A stretch of 64,000 bases of DNA from Camelus dromedarius (lineage: Eukaryota), in NCBI RefSeq assembly GCF_036321535.1, contig NC_087464.1, positions 24,676,001-24,740,000 of the forward strand, read 5' to 3'. The notes under the pieces are model-generated. The model was not told the DNA's origin and did not search any database. It was given only the letters and a program-made list of their open reading frames with translations. Both the position numbers and the translations under genes were made by a program. Positions 1-11,160 of this stretch are shown here, piece by piece (the stretch's first letter is position 1; each line of letters begins with the position of its first letter).

Positions 1-99
1 ACTGGAGAGGGCTCTGGGATTCGTGACTCTTGAGGATGAAGGACCCAGCTGATAATAACAGTGATGATGACTATGATGACGACAAGGATTATAGTTAAC

Positions 100-240
100 G
101 CTCATTGTCTGCTTACTGTTTTGTATTTACACACATGGGGAAACTGAAGCTCAGAAAAGCTAAGCAACTTGTCCAAGGTCACAGAGCCAGTGAGTGGAGG
201 GGTAGTGGCTTGGATCCAGAGCCCACACACCTAACCAGGT
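100..240 (-). mobile_element. MIR SINE fragment
   Basis: GGGGAAACTGAAGCTCAGAAAAGCTAAGCAACTTGTCCAAGGTCACAGAGCCAG matches the reverse complement of the MIR core. Confidence 0.8.
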
Positions 241-1150
241 CACTGGGGAGCTTGCAGAGGAGACCACAGGGAGCCCCGGGTTTCCTCCAGCGTGTGGGAA
301 GTGCTAGCACAAGTCCGGCCGGAGCGGCCTCCAGCCCCCTGACTCTGCTGGGCCAGGCAGGCTCCCGGGCAGACTCAGAGCTGCCCAGCCCACGAGCCCT
401 TCCCCCGCTGTTTGGGCTCTGGATGCTCTGAGGCCAGGCAGGCAAAGCCACCCTGACGAGCTTCGATTCCGGCAGCACTGGTCTCATGAATTCCAAGCCA
501 GGAGGCTGGGAGCCAGTGCTCCAAGAGACATTCGAGAAGATGAAGACGAAAGCCGTGGGGGAAAGTGACGCACGAGGGCAAGCCTGGAATAGCTGCCGGC
601 TTAGCCACTTCCCCGAATCCTCCCGGGGCGGGGGGAGGGGTGGGGGGCACAGGGGCTAGTCACGGCAGGTGCGCTAGGATGCCTCATTCGGCCTGGGAGG
701 GCCTTGGAAGAACCAGAAGAGAGCAGCAGACACATGGAAGCCTCAAGGGTTTTTGCCAGAGGAACCAGACAGCACAGAAAGCCGAAGGTCTCATCAGGTC
801 AGAGTGGCTGGCAGGGCCACGCCCTCCTCCAGAGCTGGCTCTCCGGGTCCTGAGAGGAGAACCCCACCTATCCCTGCACTTTGCAACCACCGGCCAGCTT
901 CCCAGCCTGCGACACTACGGGGCTCCACTGCAGTTAAAAATCCTGAGACAGTCACGTTCCAGGGAAGCCGGCAAGGGCGTCCTGTCAGTTTCCTTGACTG
1001 GGACAGGGGATTGTGACCACCTCCCCCTCTGTCCTGGCAGTAACTCAGACCTGTATTTCATCAACCATTCCCGCAGGGTAGCTGCATTGTAAAAATGGAA
1101 GGGAATCCCTACCAGCCCCCCACCCCTTTCCAGTCTCCCCCTACCAACCA

Positions 1151-1648
1151 TGTCAGTTTCCTCTGGCTGTTGTAACAATTACCACAAACTTAGTGACTTA
1201 CAGCAACAAAAATGTACCATCCTACAGTCTGCGGTCGGAAGTCTGAAATGGCTCTCGCTGGGCTACAATCAAGGCTGCTCTCCTGTCTGGCGGCTCTAGG
1301 GGCAAATACACTTTTTTGCCTCTTCCAGCTCCTAGAGGCCACCCACATTCCTTGGCTCGTGCCCCTTCCATGTTCAAAGCCAGCATTTTGCTGAATGAAA
1401 CACCTTTCTCACATCGCTTCACTCCGATGCTGACTCCTCTGCCTCTCTTTCTCTAACAGTGACCCTTGTGACTACCCTGGGCTCACCTGGAAAACCCAGC
1501 ACAATCTCTCTATTTTAAGGTCAACTGATGAGCAACTTAAATTCCGTCTGCATCCTTAATTCTGTTCCTCCATATCACCTAACATACTCACAGGTTCCAG
1601 GGATTCAGGCAAAGACATCTTTGGGGAGCTGTTATTCTGCCTACCACC
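1151..1648 (-). mobile_element. MLT1 (MaLR) solo LTR, MLT1D/E-like
   Basis: The minus strand starts GTGGTAGGCAGAATAAC..CCCCAAAGATGTC..AATCCCTGGAACCTGTGAGTATGTTA. The other end has TAACAATTACCACAAACTTAGTGACTTA, typical of MLT1. Confidence 0.8.
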
Positions 1649-2204
1649 CCCTCCCCCACCACATACACAGAGGGAAAAAAAAAACACATATGTCTGGTTA
1701 ATTACAAGGATTAAACAAATCCTATGTTTCAAGAAGGGGAAAAAGGGTCAATCATGGGAGTTTCCCCAAACTTGCTTTGGGCAGGAAGATTGCTAAATAG
1801 GAGAAATATAGCTTTAATTCTTAGCATAAAACATCACCAGTGACACCTACTGCTCTCTCCCTGCTGACGAGATCCTGGAAACCACTCAGGTAAATGCTTG
1901 TGTTTATAAGGGGACTTGCTGGTCTCCAAATTCATGGAGGAAATGCTGCCAAACCCCCAGGATCTCACCCAGTCATCAGAATAAGGAGAGCGGACTGACA
2001 AAGAGATTTTAGAAGACTCTGCCCAGCCAGAATGACAGCCCTTTCTAACTTCTGAAAAGGTTGCCCACTTTGGGCAGCCAGCTGGTTGCCTGTTCACAAG
2101 CACATGTCTGTTGTGGCCGTGGTTTCCTCTGTGCTAAATACGTAGAAGGTCAACCTGGAATCAAACACTCGTTAGAGCCCCTCTCCGGATTCCAGCGACA
2201 CACG

Positions 2205-2990
2205 CTGATGGTGCTCTTGCTGCCATAACAACCTGTCACCAACGTAAAACAACAGAAATTCACTTTCTCACAGCTCTGGAGATCAGAAGGGTAAAATCGA
2301 GGTGTCAGCAGGGCTGGTTCTTTCTGGAGGCTCTGAGGGAGCATTTGGTCCATGCCTTTCTTCTAGCCTCTGAGGCTATCAGTCGTCCTTGGCTGGTGGC
2401 TGCATGACTCCAGTCTCTGCCTCCGTCTTCACATGGCCTTCCCCACTGTGTTTCTCCTCCTCTGTGTGTGTCTCCTCCTCTTCTTGTAAGGACACTTGTC
2501 ATTGGATTCAGTTAGTCCTGGATGACCTCCTCTCTACATCCCTAACTCAGTTACTTCTGCAAAGACCCTTTACCATAAGGTCACATTCACAGGTATGATG
2601 AATTGGGTCTTGGACTATTGGGGGGGCACAATTCAACCCCCTACAGGGAGGAATCTGGCCTCCAGATGGCACTGGGTGAAGTCCTGACTTTGAAGTCTGA
2701 AATCAAGGTGTGGACTAGGCTGTGCTGCTTCCAAGGCTCCGGGAGAGACCCCTCCCTTGCCTCTTCCTCATGTGGGGGCCCCAGGTGCTCCTTGGTTTGT
2801 GGAAGCATCACTCCAATCTCTGTCTCGACCTTCACAGGCCAGCTCCCCTCTGTGTCCCCATCTCTGTGTGTCCTTTCCTTTTCTAATAAGGACCCCAAGC
2901 ATATTGGATTTAAGACCCACCCTAATCCAGTAAAGCTTCCTCTTAACAAGTTGCATCTGCAAAGATCCTATTTCCAAGTAAGGCCACGTC
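2205..2990 (-). mobile_element. Two adjacent MLT1C-like LTRs (2205-2645 and 2690-2990)
   Basis: Both contain the AAGGTGT..AGGGCTG..TCTCTGCCTCCGTCTTCACATGG-like and CTGCAAAGACCCT/ATCCT motifs of MLT1C. Confidence 0.75.
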
Positions 2991-3059
2991 ACATGTGCTG
3001 CAGGTTAGGACGGCAGCGTGGTGACCAGAGGGCCGGGGGGAATATAGGTGCAACTTCAG

Positions 3060-3560
3060 ACAGGTTTGAGGTTTGATGGCAGAAAATTGGGGGAATTCAT
3101 CTGTGAAGGAGCAGCAAGGTAACTGCTGATGGTGGCACAGGGCTGAGAGGCAAGGGGCCAGGGAGTGGTCAGGTCGGAGGTTTGAGGAGAAGCATTGGAA
3201 TGGCCAGTGTGGAGAACAGGAAACAGAGTCCCTGAAGAAACCAGAAGGGATGCCCTGACGCGTGGAGGAACCAGGTGACGCAGACCGGGAGTGGACAGTG
3301 GCCTCGGGGCATGTGGCTGTGCGAGGCTTTGGAGCCATGGTTAGCAGTGCCATCACAGGCAAATGATCGGGCCCGGACGGGGCTGAGTTTTACAGGACTG
3401 TAGGACAACGGAGGAGAGGCTCTTGGGAAGCTGGATAAGGAGGGAAGGGAAGGGAAAACCGGAGGAGGCTGAGACAGGCTCAAAGCGGAAGGTCGAGGAC
3501 CTGGAAGTCCTAGGGAGGCTGGAGAACAGGTGTGGAGGGCGTGACTGGGCCCGGACCCTC
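3060..3560 (-). mobile_element. Probable L2 fragment
   Basis: Purine-rich GAGG/GAAG texture with L2-like phrases. Heavily diverged. Confidence 0.45.
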
Positions 3561-5241
3561 GTGCAGCCAGAGAGCACCGCCCCCCTCTGCCTTCCCACTG
3601 TGATTTTGGTCTCCTGAACTACATTATGAGTTCCTTGATACGCAGGGCTACTTGGCCATTGACGACAGATGATGATAGATAGATGATGGGTGACTGACAG
3701 ACTGAGTGAGTGAGTAAGTGATTGATTTGCATCAGGGAAAATTTTTGATTCCTTTACCCATGAGGACTTGCCAGGTGGGAGGCCTCGCCTTTATCACCGT
3801 CACACAGTCATCACAGACCTGGCGATCCGCAGTGTGCAGAGTGCAGGCCCTGGGGACACATGCACTGAGGCCAGCGCAAGGACTGACCTCTGATAACGCT
3901 AAAGCCAGCTCAACTGTGTGTTTCAACCAAGACCTCCGCAGCCCGGGGCCGCCCTCTCAGTCAGTGCAGACGCCTGGCTGGTGCCAGTAAGAGCCTCTCA
4001 GGCTGGAAGCCTGCCGCCCGCGCTCAGGGACAGATGCAGCAGGCTCCACAGAGGGGACAGACAAGGTCAGACAGCCCCGGCCCTGGCAGCCGGCCTCGCC
4101 CACCGCCTGAGGACTGAGCCAAGCAGGGCAGCCCCTGCGGGTCCACACAGCCCATCCATCCAGATGACTCTGCTCCTCAGCCTGCCTGTGCTCTCCCTGA
4201 TGGAAGAGCTCTGGTTGGTCCCACGTTTTGCCCAAAGAAACCAGGGCCAGGGAGAGAATAGGATCTGAGAAAGCGCGATGCTAACACCTGCAGGTTCTTC
4301 TCAACCATCCTTCCCAGAGAAATCGGCGCCGGACTCCAGATAACTTCGTTAGACCCAGAGCAAGGCAGGTGCCTCTGAGCTGACGGCAGAATGATAAGGA
4401 GACATGAGCAGGAGATGCGGGCTTTCTGGACCTCTTCTTGCCAACCAACAAAGAATACTCATGCTACTGCCAGCAAACGTGAATTCTGGACTCTAAGGAA
4501 GGGGCCGGAAGGTGGCAGAGAGGACAGCATTGGAGCAGCACTCTCTCTGAACTTTCAGAATTGAGTTTCTTCACTCTGCTCCCCGCCCACCCACCCTCCC
4601 CGTACCCTCTCTGTAAGGTTTCTTTGGGGAGTCATATATGTCCTCATAAAATGCAAAAATCTGCTGATGCAGCCTAATGCATCATCGTGGAAAGCAAAGC
4701 TGTCTGCGGAAGCCAGCTCTGCCCCTGCCCCAGCGGGGCGGCTCCACTCTGCAACCAGCATCTCCCTTGTTAAAGAGACAGCCTATTGATTGAGGCCAAA
4801 GTGACTTTTTATGGGCCCAGAGACAGGAAGGCAGGGGACCCTGTAGGAGGGAGGTGGGGGAAGTTTGGCAGCCAGTGGGAAGGACTGGACAGGGGTGGGA
4901 AGGGAGTTGGGAGAGGCCCTGGTCAGGACAGGATCCCTCTGGGTGTTAAGGGAGCCACATGTGGAGGAGGCTGGGGCTGAGGCAGGATGCAATGTGACAT
5001 GTGGTCCAGCCCCACACACCTGTGTCTGAGGCTGATGGATCCATGCACCACGTGGTCACCTGGAGACCAGTGCAGACCTTCACAAATTGGCAGAACTGAG
5101 CAAAAGCCTGCATGACCCCTGTCCTCAAGGCACCCGAGGAAGACATCTCTCTTTCCAGCAGCACCTTGGTGGGCTGTGCGAGCGGTCCCTGTGTTTGGAA
5201 TCTGGCCCTAACCCCTCAGCTCAGCCCCAAGGGTGTGACTC

Positions 5242-5340
5242 CCATTCACTCGTGTCTTCGTTCATTCAGTAAATATCCACTCCTCTGTGCCAGGCACTGT
5301 ATTAGGCTCTGGGGACACAGAGGTGGCTCCTGCCCTCACA
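5242..5340 (-). mobile_element. L2 3' end
   Basis: CATTCA..TTCATTCAGTAAATAT..TGTGCCAGGCACTGT..TGGGGACACAG is the reverse complement of the L2 tail. Confidence 0.75.
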
Positions 5341-6240
5341 GATTCTTCTTACGTGGAATTCATTGGATCTTCGTTGAGCGACTATTCACTCCCCATGTAA
5401 TGGCAATTGTGAAAGTGGCATGAAGGCAAAACACAAGCGAGAACTGGCCTGGTTTGGAAGACAAGGAGTCGGAGAAGGGGCTCCAGTCTGTATGTTGTCC
5501 TTTGGTCCTTGCTGAGCCCTCCAGAGGCGACCTGGTCTGTCCAGGTGTCAGCCTTGGCCCCCACTACATTCCTGCAATAGTGTCCACTGCTGGTGTGACA
5601 TGTGGTCCGTTTTCTCAGCAGATTAAGAGTACAATGGTCTGCCCGCTTCTGAGCCACACCCGTTATAACAACGGCTGGCCCGTCCCTCCTCTGAGACTGA
5701 CCCACCTCTATACTGCGCTGGCCTGGGGCTGCCCTTCCCACTGTCTCTGCTCCGGATCCCCTTGGCCCACGACACAGTGGTCCCCTGGCAACCACGGGAG
5801 CTCCCCATAGTCAGCCTTCGTCTTGGCCCCTCTCCAGAGCCCAGGAGCATTTTCCTATCCCTTTCGCAAACCACTAGAAATGAATACGTCTCTGGGTGAA
5901 ACGGAATGAGAGGCTAAATTTCTCCCTGGCTAAACATTCTACCATTTATAGCCCAGAAGAAATGAGACAAAGTCTCTTCCATCTTTACATCCCCGAACCC
6001 ATCCACAGCCTGAGCCGTGACATGGGGACCAAGGTACCAGCCTCACCACGTTCTCCCTGCCCCCAGCCTGGACTTTTATCTCCTCTGTGTCCTGTTCTAC
6101 TTTCTTCCCTGCTCAAACCCCCAGTCCTCTGGGCTCAGGATCTTCAGAGCTCACAAATGCTTTTTTCTCCACCACAAAGCCTGACTTTCACAAATGATAA
6201 TCTTGCTTTTATGACCATTATAATTTCTGTCGCTTTAAAG

Positions 6241-6393
6241 CAGTGGTTCTTAACCTTGGCTGCACTTTGTAGGGACCTGAAAAGTTTTCATTCCGGGAAC
6301 TTCTGATTTAATTGGTCTGGGGCTTAGCCTGGGCGGCAGGATTCTTAAAGCTCCCAGACAATTCTAGTGTGCAGCTAGGGTCAGGAACCACCG
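6241..6393 (+). mobile_element. MER5A1-like hAT-Charlie MITE
   Basis: Termini CAGTGGTTCTTAACC and GGAACCACCG. Degenerate 8-bp TSD CTTTAAAG/CGTCAAAG (6/8). Confidence 0.8.
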
Positions 6394-6479
6394 CGTCAAA
6401 GAGTCCCATTTATGAATAGCAATGAGTCTTTTGTCTCGGCTAATCCTGTCCACCCCGTGAAGAAATCCAAGCCTTGGCA

Positions 6480-7050
6480 TCATTCGCTGATTCAACAGGT
6501 GTTAGCTGAGCCCCTTCTATGTGCGCTGTTCTAGATGCAGGGGACACAGCAGAGAACAAAACAGACAAAAATCCCTGCCCTTGGAGAGGTGACATTCTAC
6601 CCAGGAGAGACGGGCTAGAAACCACAGCAATAACATGTAGTCAATTTTATGGTACATTGGCAGGTGCAAAGTGCTCGGGGGGCACAAAAACAGGGTAAGG
6701 GGATCAGGGATGGCGAAAGGTCATCAACCAAGCTAGACCTGATGGAAGCAGTGATATGAGGAAAGACTTGGAGGAGATGAGAGTGAGCCCACGCAAGTTC
6801 TCAGAATAAGAACCATGGGGGCTGTTCCGCAGTATTACCCTGCTACCTGGATTTAGGGGGAAAACCAGCAGAACTTGGTGATTGAATGTTGGGATCAGAG
6901 AGGAGTGAGAAAAAGGGATCCATTGGGGACGACTCTCAGATTTCTGGCGCCAGTGTCCTTTACTGAGCTGGGGACACTGGAGGTGGAAGTCCAGAACTGT
7001 GTGTGGACACGCTGGAGCGAGGCGCCTATAGGACATCTAAGGAAATGACA
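6480..7050 (-). mobile_element. L2 3' region
   Basis: CATTC..ATTCAACAG..TATGTGC..TGTTCTAGATGC.GGGGACACAGCAG.GAACAAAACAGACAAAAATCCCTGCCCT is the canonical L2a tail in reverse. Confidence 0.8.
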
Positions 7051-7054
7051 AACA

Positions 7055-7120
7055 GACCTGGAGATGACTGACCGCAGCCCGTGGACCACATCTGGCTTGC
7101 CATCTGGTTTTTACATTTTT
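7055..7120 (+). mobile_element. MER58B-like hAT element, left piece (split by an L1 insertion)
   Basis: GCAGCCCGTGGACCACATCTGGC..TGGTTTTTACATTTTT matches the start of MER58B. It continues at 10210. Confidence 0.6.
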
Positions 7121-10100
7121 TTTTGCATTCTTTTTTTTACTATAGTCAGTTTACAATGCTATGTCAATTTCTGGTGTACAGCATAATGTTTCAGCCATAC
7201 ATATACATATATATATATTCATTTCCATATTCTTTTTCATTATAGGTTACTATAAGATATTGAATATACTTTCCCTGTGCTATACAGGATAAACTTGCTG
7301 TTTATCTATTTTATATATAGTAGTTAGTATCTGCAAATTTCAAACTCCCAATTTATCCCTTCCCACCCCCTTTCCCACTGGTAACCATAAATTTGTTCTC
7401 TATGTCTATAAGTCTGTTTCTGTTTCTGTTTTGTAAATAAGTTCATTTGTGTCTTTTTTTGTAGATTCCACATGTAAGCTATATCATATAGTATTTTTCT
7501 TTCTCTTTCTTGCTTACTTCACTTAGAATGATGANNNNNNNNNNNNNNNNNNNNNNNNNNNNNNNNNNNNNNNNNNNNNNNNNNNNNNNNNNNNNNNNNN
7601 NNNNNNNNNNNNNNNNNNNNNNNNNNNNNNNNNNNNNNNNNNNNNNNNNNNNNNNNNNNNNNNNNNNNNNNNNNNNNNNNNNNNNNNNNNNNNNNNNNNN
7701 NNNNNNNNNNNNNNNNCTTTTTGAATTATATTTTTCTATAGATACATGCCCAGGAGTAGGATTGCTGGATCATATGCTAAGTTTATTTTCAGTTTTTTAA
7801 GGAACCCCCATACTGTCCTCCATAGTGGCTGCATCAATTCACATTCCCACCAACAGGGTAGGAGGGTTCCTTTTCTCCACACCCTCTCCGGCATTTATTA
7901 TTTGTAGACTTCTTAAGGAACCATTGTGACAGGTGTGAGGTGGTATCTCACTGTAGCTTTGATTTGCATTTCTCTAACAGTTAGCGATGTTGAGCGTCTT
8001 TTCACGTGCCCGTTGCCCATCTGGATGTCTTCTTTGGGGAGATGATAATTTAGGTCTTCTGCTCATTTTTTGATTCAGTTGCTTTTTTTAAAAATATTAA
8101 GTTGTATGAGCCATTTGTATATTAGTCCCTTGGCTGTCACATTATTTGCAAATATTTTCTCCTATTCTCTAGGTTACCTTTTTGTTTTGTTGATGATGTG
8201 CAAAAGCTTTTAAATTTAATTAGGTCCCACTTGCTTATTTTGCTTTTATTTCCATTACTTTTGGAGCTGGTTCGAAAAAAAATACTGCTGCAATTTATGT
8301 CAAAGGGTGTTCTGCCTATGTTTTCCTCTAAGAGTTTTATAGTATCTAGACTTACATTTAGGTCTTTAATCCATTTTGAGTTTATTTTTGTTATGCTGTA
8401 AGAGAATGTTCTAATTTCATTCTTTTATAGGTAGCTGTCCAGTTTTCCCAGCACCACTTACTGAAGAGACTGTCTTTTCTTCATCGTATATTCTTGCCTC
8501 CTTAGTCATAGATTAACTGATAAGTACGTGGGTTCATTTCTGGACTTTCTATCCTATTTCACTGATCTGTGTCTGTCTTTGTGCCACTACTGTACTGTTT
8601 TGATTACTGTAGCTTTGTAGCATAGTCTGAAGTCAGGGAGCATGACTCCCGTTCTTCTCTTTCAAGACTGTTTTGGATATTCAGGGTTTTTTGCTTTTCC
8701 ATACAAATTTTAACAGTTTTTGTTCCAGCTCTGTGAAAAATGTCATCGGTAATTCGATAGGGATTGCACTGAATCTGTATACTGCCTTGGGTAGTAAGGC
8801 CGTTTCAACAATATTGATTCTTCCAATCCAAAAGCATGTATATCTTTCCATCTGTTTGTGTCATCTTCAATTTCTTTCATCAGTGTCTTAGAGTTTTCAG
8901 AGTACACATCCTTTGCCTCCTTACGTAGGTTTATTCCTAGGTATTTTATTCTTTCTGATGCAATGGTAAATAAGATTGTTTCCTTAATTTCTTTTTTCTG
9001 CTATTTCATTGTTAGTGTACAGAAATACAACAGATTTCAGTCTATCAATTTTGTGTCCTGCAGCTTTACCAGACTCACTGATGGGCTCTAGTCGTTTTCT
9101 GGGAGCATCTTCAGGGTTTTCTGTGTATAGAGTCATGTCATCTGCAAACAGTGACAGTTACACTTCTTCTTTTCTAATTTGAATTCCTTTTATTTCTTTT
9201 CTTCTCTGACTGCCCTCTGTCTGAGACATCCTATGTGTCCCAGCACTGCACACCCCTCTTGTCATCCAAGGGCCAGGGCAGAGTCCGGCCTGTGTTTGCA
9301 GACCCCTTCCACAGGCAGTGGGATTGTTGTTGTCTTACTTCTGGTGTCTGCCCCCTGGTGAGTGAGGCTGGGCTAGAGGTTTGTGCAGGTTTTCTGGCAG
9401 GAGGAGTCAGTGTCTGCCCACTGCTGGGTGGAGCTTAGTCCTGACTCTGGTGGGCAGGGCTGTGTCTAGGGGTAGCTGTGGGCTCAGTAAGTCTGCTGAT
9501 GGGTGGGGCTGTGTTCCCAACCAGTACGCTGTTTGGCCTGAGGTGTCCCAGCACCCGTTGGGTAAGGCTGGGTCTTGGTGCTAATGACCCAAGCAAGATG
9601 TCAGCCTCCAGGAAAGCTCATGTGGATGAACACTCCCGGAATGTCCACTACCAGCTTTTATGTCCCCAGAGTGAGCCACAGCCACCCCCACATCCCCAGA
9701 AGAATTTCCAAATACACCAGGCAGGTCTGGCCCAGGCTCCTGTGAAATCACTACCTCTGCCCTTGGACCTGGCACACATGAGATTCTGTGTACACTTCCC
9801 AAGAGAGTGAAGTCTGTTTCCCCCAGTCCTGTGGAGCTCCTGCAATTAAGCCCCACTGGCCTTCAGAACCAGATGTTCTGGGGTCTCCTCCTGCCAGTGC
9901 CAGAACCCGGGGCTGGGGAGTGACGTGGGGCTCAGAGCGCTCACTCCTGTGGGAGGGCCTCTGCGACTTCATTATTCTCCAGCTCCTGGGACGCCCACCT
10001 GGGAAGTGTGGGGCCCGATTATATCTCAAACACTCCCCTCCTACTGTCCTGCTGTGGTTCCCTCTTTATGTTTCCAGTTGAAGAAGATCCTTTTTGCTAG

Positions 10101-10209
10101 GTTCTGGTCTTTTTTTCAATGGTTGTTTAGCAGTCAGTTGTGGTTTCGTTGTAATCGTGAGAAGAGGTGAGCTCCGGGTCCTACCTCTCCATCATCTTGA
10201 CTGGAAATC
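7121..10209 (-). mobile_element. Internally deleted L1: 5'UTR (9214-10209) fused to distal ORF2 and 3'UTR (7121-9213), non-coding
   Basis: 17-bp TSD CTGGTTTTTACATTTTT at 7104-7120 and 10210-10226, with a TTTT/AAAA endonuclease site. The minus strand encodes KGIQIRKEEV*LSLFADDMTLY (FADD at 9137-9148). The end near 10200 (GTCAAGATGATGGAG..GAGCTCACCTCTTCTCACG) resembles the laurasiatherian L1 5'UTR start. Confidence 0.88.
7535..7716. other. N-run (182 nt)
   Basis: Undetermined bases inside L1 sequence. Confidence 1.
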
Positions 10210-10552
10210 CTGGTTTTTACATTTTTAAAACAACTGAAAAAAATCCAAAAGAAAATGTTTCCTGACCTATGAAAATTATGTTAAATTCTAATTTTTTAAT
10301 GGTCAGATAAAGTCAAAAGGAGAATAATATTTCCTAACACATGAGAATTATATAAAATTCTAATTTCAGAATCCCTAAGCAACATTTGACTGGAACACAG
10401 CCAGGCCCACTCACTGTCACACTGTCCACGGCTGAGTCTGCACTGTGACAGCAGAGCTGCGCCGTCAGAACGGACACCGTTTCGCCCACAAATCCTCAAG
10501 TATTTACTACCCGGCCTGTTACATACACACAAAAACATCGCTGAGCCCTTGC
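10210..10552 (+). mobile_element. MER58B-like hAT element, right piece
   Basis: GAAAATTAT..AAATTC.AATTTCAG..TGGAACACAGCCA..TATTTACTACCCGGCC.GTTACA matches the MER58 consensus. Confidence 0.75.
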
Positions 10553-11160
10553 AGAGACGATGGCATCTACGGGTCCGGGGCCCGGGGGCCCGTCCCAGCT
10601 GATGACGCAAAGGCGGGCGCCTCAGCGACCAGCGGTGCTCGGGCCGCGGGAGCCGCGGGAGCCGCGGGATCGGAGGGCAAGCGGTCAGCGAGGCAGGGAG
10701 GGGCTGAGGCCGGCCTCAGAGAAACTCGGCTGAGGGTGGGATGGAGAAGGAGGAGGCTGGAAAGGACATGGAGAAGCAGGAGCCACGAGGCCGAGGGAAG
10801 ATCCAGAGTCTGTGTTGTCATGAAGAAAAGGAAACGCGGATAGACCGAGAGGTCAAAAGGTCAGTGCGGCTAGAAGTCAGATATCGCGAGAATACGAAGT
10901 GCCCAATGCGTTCAGCGCGAGAAGGCAACGGGCAGTCGTCGGTGCGGTCGGGGCTCGATTTCGGGGGAACAGAGAGAGGGAGGGGAGGCCAGGCTGGAGT
11001 GGGACGAAGAGAGGACGGCGGGGCCGTCGGAGCTGGGTAAGAGGATAACTTCCTCAGGAAGCTCAGGGGCAAGGGCCCCGCGTCAGCCCGGGGAGGAAAA
11101 GTGGCGGCTGGAAGTGGAGGGAGGGCGGCGGGGTCGGTCATTGTCGTTCGTTTGTTTTAA
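10441..11160. promoter_or_regulatory. Orphan CpG island overlapping decayed L2 and MER58 sequence
   Basis: Hand count of about 60 CpG in 720 bp. Contains TATCGCGAGA at 10882-10891, CCAAT at 10903 and, just outside the interval, ATTGG at 11186. Confidence 0.75.
10560..11150 (-). mobile_element. CpG-enriched L2 ORF2 (RT region) fragment
   Basis: The minus strand reads GCTGAACGCATTGGGCACTTC..TTTTGACCTCTC and CTTCATGACAACACAGACTCTGGATCTTCCCTC..CTGCTTCTCCATGTCCTTT. These parallel the recalled L2 phrases GCTAAATCCAATGGGCACTTC..CTTGACCTCTC and CTTCCATGACACCACACTCTCCTGGTTTTCCTC. Confidence 0.6.

Noticed and set aside
69-92. GACTATGATGACGACAAGGATTAT translates as DYDDDKDY, resembling a FLAG tag
   Set aside because: It lacks the K-D of DYKDDDDK, has no vector context or ORF, and sits in a degenerate (GAT)n tract beside a MIR. 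Coincidence.
1756-1765. NF-kB consensus GGGAGTTTCC
   Set aside because: Isolated 10-mer 62 kb from the only gene, with no supporting motif cluster.
4505-4518. CTCF-like CCGGAAGGTGGCAG
   Set aside because: Only 12/14 to the core consensus, a level that occurs often by chance in GC-rich DNA.
10445-11141. CpG-rich ORFs (132, 107, 99 aa) suggesting a processed pseudogene
   Set aside because: No poly(A) tail or TSD and no protein match I recognise. The sequence is better explained as decayed L2 plus MER58.
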